A stretch of 49,237 nucleotides of DNA from an uncultured Verrucomicrobiales bacterium (lineage in GTDB: Bacteria; Verrucomicrobiota; Verrucomicrobiia; Verrucomicrobiales; Akkermansiaceae): assembly GCA_964021555.1 (NCBI GenBank), contig CAXIBU010000001.1:1-49237 (forward strand), given 5' to 3'. Positions 43,220 through 49,237 of the stretch are shown here, piece after piece. The notes beneath the pieces are model-generated. The model searched no databases. It was not told the origin of the DNA and was given only the letters and a program-made list of their open reading frames with translations. The position numbers were made by a program, and so were the translations under genes. Each line of letters opens with the position of its first letter. Positions within the stretch are counted from its first letter, which is position 1.

Positions 43220-46186
43220 ATGAACACCCCGCCTCCCGCGCCGGTCACACCCGAGCAATTCGAACAGATCCTAGTCGACAAATTTCCAGACTTCCGGCCC
43301 GTTCGGAAAGCTCCCTGGCTTTTTCGCCTGAATGGTTGTGGCCTGGGTGTCGTAGGCAAGCGCAAGGTCGATCATGAAACTCAGACCTATCTCAAGAGCT
43401 ACGCCTTCACTTTGGTCTTTATCCCCATCCTTAATTTCACGTCTTATCGAGTTACCGATTCTCCAGATGGAGGATGGTATTTCCACGGCAAAGAAAAGCT
43501 GGGCAAATTCGGCAAAATTCAAAATTTCATCGCGATCGCCGCGATTGCCCTGCTCTTCGGCTCGGCCCAGTGGTCGATCTATCAAAATAGTGAGCCGCAA
43601 CGATGGAAAAGAGAGCTCGCAAGTATCGAAGAGACCGCGCAGAGCGGGAATAAGCTGCTTGAAGCAGCAGCCTATGTGAGCGCCTACCGCGAGTTTGGCT
43701 CTCGCTCCGAAGAATGTGCAGCAGGGTTCATCAAAGCCACCAAAGAAGCACTCGATGACCCGAGGCCCGATGTCCAAGCTGCGGCGGCTGAACAAATAGT
43801 CAAAACCCGATGGATGATCGACAACTTCGATCAGTCATTCCCTAACTTCTACCAGGATAACATCGAGCGGGCAGCCGCCCTAAAAGAGTCCTCACCTTGG
43901 GAAGCTCTTCAAATCACAAACGCAGTCCAACCCTTGGCAGGCTCTCGCACCGATTGGATCGAACTGAAAAAGGCGATCCTGACTCATCTGGTCAACTCAG
44001 ATGAAATGGTCGGCGAGTCACTTATGCTCGAGCTAGCTGAGCTACAGATCCAGTGGGGAGATACCGATTCGTTGATCTCGACCTTTGAACACCGAAAACC
44101 CTTCGAAGACGGCAGCCCCTTAAACTACCATCTCGGCACAGCCTACCTGAACGTCGGTAGATTTGAAGAATCAGCGTCCTTGTTGGAGCTTTACGTTGGG
44201 CCTCGCTTACCCAAATGGAAGAAGCTAGTTCAATCACAAGACCAGCTTTACGAGAATGCCTACCAACGGGCCTTGAAGTTTCTTCAGGACGGCAATGCCC
44301 CCGAGGCCTTTTATGATCGATACGAAAATTCCATCGAATCGGCCCAGAACGAGATGGTAGATCGGTTCATCAACGAGCGAATGCTCAAAGATCAGGCATT
44401 GGTCAAACTGAAGGAAGACCTCGGCGAACTCGAAGACACCCCCGGAGCAATGATGGACCTCGGGATCGCTTGCCTCCGCTGTGGCCAAAGCGCAGCGCCT
44501 GAATCGCGGGATGCCTGGCTAAAAAAGGCGGAGCAGAATTTCCTTAAGATCGGCGATTACGCAGGAGAGAGCACCGACTTTCAATTCTTCCTTGCCCAAG
44601 TCTACTACTGGCTAGGCAAGCCAGACAAAGGCGAGGCTCTGTTCGATAAAGTCATTAATAAAGAAAATGATCCAGTCCTTCTTTACAAAGTGGCTACCAG
44701 CCTGCGCGAGGTAGGAGAAGAGGCCAAGGCCATCGAAGTATTGGAAAAAGCCTATGGTCAGGCAGAGAAACTCAAAACCGATCCAGACTCCATCCGGAGC
44801 ACCATCGCAACGGAACGTTCCATCTTGGCCGCGACCAACGATGAGCAAATTCAGTGGCTTGAAAAGGCAGATCAAACGCTCCCTCATATTCAAGTCCGCT
44901 TGAATGAGGCCAAGGCCAATAAGGCCATGATTGATAACAATGAAAAGCTTGCCGAATCTCTCTACCGCAAAGCTTTGGTCGGCTACAAAGGTCTACAACA
45001 GAGCTCTTCAACACTTAATAACAATGCCCTGATCAGCCTTAAGCTTTATAGCATCACCGGTGAAAAGAATGACTACATCTACGGACTAGAAAAGATGTCC
45101 AAGGCAGTCGAAATGGAGCCCAATGACAGCATCCTCTGTCAGAATGCTGCTTCAGAATTTTTCACGGCGGCCTTGAGAGAAACCATCGGCTCCCAGATAG
45201 ACCCCCATTGGCTGCAAACTGGTGTCAGCTTTACCGATCTGCGCTGGTGCTACCAAGACGAGGAAAGCCGAACTGCGTTGATCAAAAAGCTGACTTCCCA
45301 GCCATATTTCGCAAAGGGGCGTCAACTGCTCGACCGCGCCATGCTTCTGGCACCGAAAAGTGCGTCGACCAATCTTCTGGCCTATCAAGTCGCTTGGTCC
45401 ACTCGTGATCTTGAGCTCCTCAAGCAGGTCAAACAACGATACCTTCTAACCGCTCCAGCTAATGATGAGAAAGCCTTCGAAGAGTGGCTAGCCGAAACCG
45501 AGGACATCGACCGCGAGGAGATCAAACAATCGATCCAAGACAGCCTCGCTTCCATGCACCGTTTCTCTGAGAACATGACTATGGACAAATTCAAAGCCAT
45601 CGCTCAAACCCGCTCGGTCAACTATCAATGGAACGTGATGCAGTGGACGGGTAAGGCTCCGACAGAGGAAGAGATCACCTCGCTAAAAGTGGCCTTTGAA
45701 AAGTATCCATGCAGCACCCTTCAGGATAATTACGTCGACTCTCTAGCGTATCAATTTATCGATAAACAACTGCGCGAAAACGATGAGTTCAAAGCTTGGC
45801 TCGGTGATGGATTGCGCGGCCTCTCCGCCATCGAAACCGTCATTTTGGCCCGGCTCAAGTTCCCTAAACTTAAGGATGACCCCTTGCTTATCAAATGCTT
45901 CAACGAGAGCAACCGATACGCCAAGCAATTCCCGGGCAGCTACGGAATTAAGGATGTGATTATCGCGGCACTAATCAATGACCCCCAGAAGTCGGAGATC
46001 CGCCAGGCATATGAGAAATCTGAACTCCGCAAGATGATGGTCGAAATTAGCGAGATTAACGCTCCGTTTTCCGCTTCGAACTTGGTCGTAAAGTTCCAGC
46101 GAAAGTGGCTCGCTGATGGTCTTGAAGCAGCAAAAGAAGAATATAATACCAGCGCAGCGAAATACCCCATGCTCCCAGCACTTTGA
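43220..46186 (+). CDS. Large (988 aa) membrane-anchored all-helical TPR-like repeat protein (hypothetical)
   Basis: Two hydrophobic segments near the N-terminus (YAFTLVFIPILNF and FIAIAAIALLFGSAQWSIY). Then about 850 aa of helical-repeat-like sequence (e.g. YHLGTAYLNVGRFEESASLLE and FFLAQVYYWLGKPDKGEALFDK). Confidence 0.6.
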   Translation: MNTPPPAPVTPEQFEQILVDKFPDFRPVRKAPWLFRLNGCGLGVVGKRKVDHETQTYLKSYAFTLVFIPILNFTSYRVTDSPDGGWYFHGKEKLGKFGKIQNFIAIAAIALLFGSAQWSIYQNSEPQRWKRELASIEETAQSGNKLLEAAAYVSAYREFGSRSEECAAGFIKATKEALDDPRPDVQAAAAEQIVKTRWMIDNFDQSFPNFYQDNIERAAALKESSPWEALQITNAVQPLAGSRTDWIELKKAILTHLVNSDEMVGESLMLELAELQIQWGDTDSLISTFEHRKPFEDGSPLNYHLGTAYLNVGRFEESASLLELYVGPRLPKWKKLVQSQDQLYENAYQRALKFLQDGNAPEAFYDRYENSIESAQNEMVDRFINERMLKDQALVKLKEDLGELEDTPGAMMDLGIACLRCGQSAAPESRDAWLKKAEQNFLKIGDYAGESTDFQFFLAQVYYWLGKPDKGEALFDKVINKENDPVLLYKVATSLREVGEEAKAIEVLEKAYGQAEKLKTDPDSIRSTIATERSILAATNDEQIQWLEKADQTLPHIQVRLNEAKANKAMIDNNEKLAESLYRKALVGYKGLQQSSSTLNNNALISLKLYSITGEKNDYIYGLEKMSKAVEMEPNDSILCQNAASEFFTAALRETIGSQIDPHWLQTGVSFTDLRWCYQDEESRTALIKKLTSQPYFAKGRQLLDRAMLLAPKSASTNLLAYQVAWSTRDLELLKQVKQRYLLTAPANDEKAFEEWLAETEDIDREEIKQSIQDSLASMHRFSENMTMDKFKAIAQTRSVNYQWNVMQWTGKAPTEEEITSLKVAFEKYPCSTLQDNYVDSLAYQFIDKQLRENDEFKAWLGDGLRGLSAIETVILARLKFPKLKDDPLLIKCFNESNRYAKQFPGSYGIKDVIIAALINDPQKSEIRQAYEKSELRKMMVEISEINAPFSASNLVVKFQRKWLADGLEAAKEEYNTSAAKYPMLPAL

Positions 46187-46277
46187 GGAATGCGGGAACT
46201 AGGACAATGCTTCCTTTCCCCCGCCCCAAAGTCGGACCTCCTTCAGTTCAATAGCAGGTGCACTAAGACCTCTTGAG

Positions 46278-46805
46278 TCATCGGGAAACTTCAGGGCCTT
46301 GCCTCATGGCTTCGTCGATCTTGAGTATTATTTCTCGCACTAGCGGCGGCGAGCTTTTCTCGAATGCCTCATCACCATCGGCTCGGTATTTCTGATCATC
46401 CAACTTGCCAAGTAATCGCAAACTCTCATCTCGGAGCACTTGCGGTAGTTTCTGCAAGGACTGCTCGCGCTGGCGAAATTCTTCGACCGTTTGATACACG
46501 GCAGGGTCGTCGATGACTGCATTTAGATAACTTCTAAAGATCAGGGAGAGCACTTCAACAGGCACCGCTCCATCCTCGGACTTGGCCTCGGCAATGCATT
46601 GCAGGGCCAGCTCGGCAGCTGTTGGCTCTGGCTGGGCTTTTGATGCTCTTTTCTTCCACAAGTAAAAGCCGAGCAGCCCGAGGATGATCAAGCCAACCAG
46701 CAAAAGCCCCAGCTCCAGCCAGGGGAAGGGTTGCTCCAGCATTTCCGGGCCAATGGGTGCTGGCGCTGGTGGCGCGACCCAAGCGTCTGTCGTCGATTCG
46801 CTCAT
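46278..46805 (-). CDS. DUF4381-like single-pass membrane protein
   Basis: A Pro-rich N-terminus, one TM helix (WLELGLLLVGLIILGLLGFYLW) and a helical tail with LGKLDDQKYRADGD. It directly abuts the DUF58 stop, as in Bat/MoxR-type operons. Confidence 0.5.
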   Translation of the reverse strand: MSESTTDAWVAPPAPAPIGPEMLEQPFPWLELGLLLVGLIILGLLGFYLWKKRASKAQPEPTAAELALQCIAEAKSEDGAVPVEVLSLIFRSYLNAVIDDPAVYQTVEEFRQREQSLQKLPQVLRDESLRLLGKLDDQKYRADGDEAFEKSSPPLVREIILKIDEAMRQGPEVSR

Positions 46806-47696
46806 TTAACTCGGAAACTGTCGACGCCCGCGTGACTTGAAGAGTTTGTGTAGATCGGGCAGGTAATCGCCCACTGTCGACAGCAGGGCGTAATCGACCT
46901 GCAACCGCGCCATCAGGCCCCGAAGGCCTTCGCGCTGGCGCTGAGTGAGCTTTTGAAAGGCCATGCGTAAATTCGCGTTGCTGCTGTTAACGTCGGCCAG
47001 CCAGCCGGTCTCGGGATCCCTCAAGGTGATCCGCCCGGCATCGGGCAGTTCACGTTCCGCAGGATCGAGAGTATGGATCGCCACCAGGTCGTGCTTGCGA
47101 GAGAGCACTCCCAGGGGCTTCTCGAAGTCGTCCGAGAGGAAATCACTGATCATAAAGACCAGACTTTGCCGCTTGAGCTGGTTCATCAAAAATTGGCTCA
47201 CCGCAGGCATCGAGGTTGGTGCCTGTCGCGGAGCCTCGGCACTAAGGATCTCCTTCAATATTCGTAGCCCTTGGACTCTACCCTTGCGCGGAGCCATGAA
47301 TTTGATCGGCTGATCAGCAAACAAGCAGAGCCCGACTTTATCGCCATTGCGCAGAGCGGAGAATGCAATCAATGCCGCCACTTCCGCGGCCAAGCGCCGT
47401 TTGCTGATATGACGCGATCCATAGTCCATTGATTGGCTGACATCGACCACCAAGAGCACATTCATTTCCCGCTCCTCATGAAACTGCCTCAAATGCGGGA
47501 CTCCGGTTCGGGCCGTCACATTCCAATCAATGAAGCGTGGCTCATCCCCAGCTTGGTATTCGCGGAAATCATCGAAGTCGAGCCCCTGCCCCTTGAACGA
47601 CGAAAGATACTCGCCCGAGAAGGACTCCCGCACCAGCTTCCGCGTGCGGATCTCGAGCTTGCGCACGCGTTTCAATATGTCCGTGATGTCATCCAT
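46806..47696 (-). CDS. DUF58 (VWA-like) family protein
   Basis: Signature GQGLDFDDFREYQAGDEPRFIDWNVTART. I trimmed the start to the ATG at 47696 (MDDITDILKRV). Confidence 0.8.
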   Translation of the reverse strand: MDDITDILKRVRKLEIRTRKLVRESFSGEYLSSFKGQGLDFDDFREYQAGDEPRFIDWNVTARTGVPHLRQFHEEREMNVLLVVDVSQSMDYGSRHISKRRLAAEVAALIAFSALRNGDKVGLCLFADQPIKFMAPRKGRVQGLRILKEILSAEAPRQAPTSMPAVSQFLMNQLKRQSLVFMISDFLSDDFEKPLGVLSRKHDLVAIHTLDPAERELPDAGRITLRDPETGWLADVNSSNANLRMAFQKLTQRQREGLRGLMARLQVDYALLSTVGDYLPDLHKLFKSRGRRQFPS

Positions 47697-47798
47697 GGAT
47701 CGAGCTTGCCCCGACTCTATCTGGGACCGCCCCGAGCACAAGCCTGTAGCGCTATCCTGACTTGCAAGTCGGACAAGCTCCTGCCAAGCTCTGTAATC

Positions 47799-48743
47799 AT
47801 GAAGTTCATTCCCATCCTTTTCCTGTCGCTGCTAGGATTAGTAGCCACTCAAGCTGCTGATCGCCAATACGACAAATCAAGTTACGAATGGAAACCAGAG
47901 CTCTCCAAAGAGGGGCCAGTCGTCATCGCCGTCAGCCTCAAAACCCAAACGGCAGCGGTCTATCGCAATGGCGTCCGGATCGGAAAATGCGAGGTCAGCA
48001 CCGGCAAACCGGGCCACAAGACTCCAACTGGCATTTTCCATATCCTCAATAAGGACAAAGACCACCGCAGTAAAACCTACGGAAACGCTAAGATGCCCTA
48101 CTCCGAGCGCCTCACTTGGGACGGCGTCGCTCTCCACGCAGGCGCACTTCCGGGCTACCCTTCTTCACACGGTTGCATCCACCTGCCCTTCGAATTTTCG
48201 AAACTTCTCTTCGGCATTACTCACAAAGGAACCACCGTCGTAGTGACCGATTCCTCACCCTCCGTCCATCACTCGAAAGGGCACTCGGTCTTCGTCCGCT
48301 CAGACGGGCAGAAAGTCGAAGCACCCTTCAGCTGGACCCCTGAAAAGAGCCCCGAAGGCCCTGTCTCCTTCCTCTACTCAGAAGCCGATGGCAAACTCTA
48401 CGTGATCCGCGCCGGCATCGTCATCGGCGAAGGCGTCGCTAAGACCTCTTTCTTCAAGCATCACGAGAAAGGCACCACCGCTTTTGTTTGTGTCGGGTGG
48501 AAACCCGCTAAAGACGGAGCAAAGGCGGAGTCCGGCTGGGTCGGCATCGGCGGTCACGCCAATCATCACGTCAACCAGCTCAATGTCTGGTTCGACCTCG
48601 ATCCAAACTTTGAAAAGGCCATTTCCCCCCTGATTAACCGCGGGGTCAACCTCGTCATCACGGAAGAGCCTGTCACCAAGCAGACCCGCAGCAATCCTGG
48701 CTTCACGGTGCTTGCAGGGGCACGCGTCGAGGCGGCAGAATAA
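47799..48743 (+). CDS. L,D-transpeptidase (YkuD domain) with a C-terminal extension
   Basis: I trimmed the ORF to the ATG at 47799 (signal peptide MKFIPILFLSLLGLVATQA). Catalytic block HAGALPGYPSSHGCIHLP, preceded by GKPGHKTPTGIF. Confidence 0.85.
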   Translation: MKFIPILFLSLLGLVATQAADRQYDKSSYEWKPELSKEGPVVIAVSLKTQTAAVYRNGVRIGKCEVSTGKPGHKTPTGIFHILNKDKDHRSKTYGNAKMPYSERLTWDGVALHAGALPGYPSSHGCIHLPFEFSKLLFGITHKGTTVVVTDSSPSVHHSKGHSVFVRSDGQKVEAPFSWTPEKSPEGPVSFLYSEADGKLYVIRAGIVIGEGVAKTSFFKHHEKGTTAFVCVGWKPAKDGAKAESGWVGIGGHANHHVNQLNVWFDLDPNFEKAISPLINRGVNLVITEEPVTKQTRSNPGFTVLAGARVEAAE

Positions 48744-48830
48744 ATCTGCGAATTTGCCAATAGCATTTCTTGAGGAACGCCGACAACCTGATTAGCTTCC
48801 GCCAACTTTAACCGAGACCAAATTTGAATT

Positions 48831-49237
48831 ATGGGACGCGCCTTTGAAATCCGCCGAGCTTCTAAAGAAAAACGTTGGGGACAAATGTCCCGAATTTTCC
48901 CGAAGCTGATCCGCAGCATCACCATGGCCTGCAAGGAGGGCGGACCTGATCCTGAATCCAATGCCAAGCTGCGTTCTGCCATTGCCTTTGCAAAGACGCA
49001 GAACATGCCCAAGGACAATATCGACAACGCGATCAAGCGCGCCACCGATACCGATGCCCAAGATTTCCAAGAGGTCTTCTACGAAGGCAAGGGCCCTGGC
49101 GGCGTCATGGTTTTCGTCGAGTGCGCCACCGACAATACCACGCGCACCGTCTCCAACATCAAGACCGCCTTCAATAAGAACGGCGGCGAGCCATTGGAGA
49201 ACGGCTCCCTCAAGTTCATGTTCGATCGCAAGGCTGT
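48831..49237 (+). CDS. YebC/PmpR family transcriptional regulator (partial, runs off the right edge)
   Basis: I translated this myself; it is absent from the ORF track because no stop codon lies in the window. [71 protein letters not shown]...[19 protein letters not shown]. Confidence 0.85.
   Translation, partial: MGRAFEIRRASKEKRWGQMSRIFPKLIRSITMACKEGGPDPESNAKLRSAIAFAKTQNMPKDNIDNAIKRATDTDAQDFQEVFYEGKGPGGVMVFVECATDNTTRTVSNIKTAFNKNGGEPLENGSLKFMFDRKA

Noticed and set aside
48566-49070. Two minus-strand ORFs (159 aa and 92 aa) at the right end of the window
   Set aside because: The plus strand here encodes a clear YebC/PmpR N-terminus from the ATG at 48831, so the minus-strand ORFs are shadows.

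Overview
This is a chromosomal window from a moderately GC-rich bacterium. I infer Verrucomicrobiota or another PVC-type lineage from gene content only: a PEP-CTERM protein, a TPR-sulfotransferase, many prepilin-type pseudopilins and a short ParC-like topoisomerase subunit. No rRNA, tRNA, CRISPR array or recognisable transposase/integrase was found.

**Layout**
- **1-5.1 kb:** housekeeping genes (LMW phosphatase, recR) and an ECF sigma / anti-sigma / PDZ module, all on the minus strand.
- **5.2-22.5 kb:** one tightly packed minus-strand array: rpsL-rpsG-fusA-rpsJ-rplCDWB-rpsS-[inserted gene]-rplV-rpsC-rplP-rpmC-rpsQ-rplNXE-rpsH-rplFR-rpsE-rplO-secY-adk-map-marC-bactofilin.
- **22.8-24.9 kb:** LysM lipoprotein, lspA and an SprT-like protease.
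- **24.9-33.0 kb:** an 8-kb minus-strand type II secretion / type IV pilus-like operon (gspG-H-I-J-K-L-M, a PilP/GspC-like gene, then the gspD secretin). It is divergent from two tandem PilT-family ATPases at 33.2-35.5 kb.
- **35.5-49.2 kb:** mixed genes: ParC-like subunit with a YcxB-like gene, a small secreted Gly/aromatic protein, a PEP-CTERM protein, a TPR-sulfotransferase, a TRAM/RlmD-type RNA methyltransferase, a membrane protein plus a 988-aa helical-repeat protein, a DUF58-DUF4381 pair, an L,D-transpeptidase and a partial YebC.

**Most notable observations**
1. A signal-peptide coiled-coil protein sits between rpsS and rplV, normally an invariant adjacency.
2. The T2SS-like operon has no GspE/GspF/prepilin peptidase in the window but faces a PilT pair.
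3. The GspH-like pseudopilin has its prepilin cleavage motif upstream of any ATG/GTG/TTG, in frame with the gspG stop codon.
4. The ribosomal operon lacks rpsN, rpmD and tuf at their usual sites, and it carries structured spacers and extended SecY and S5 proteins.

All calls rest on reading the translated ORFs and the DNA by eye. No database search was run.
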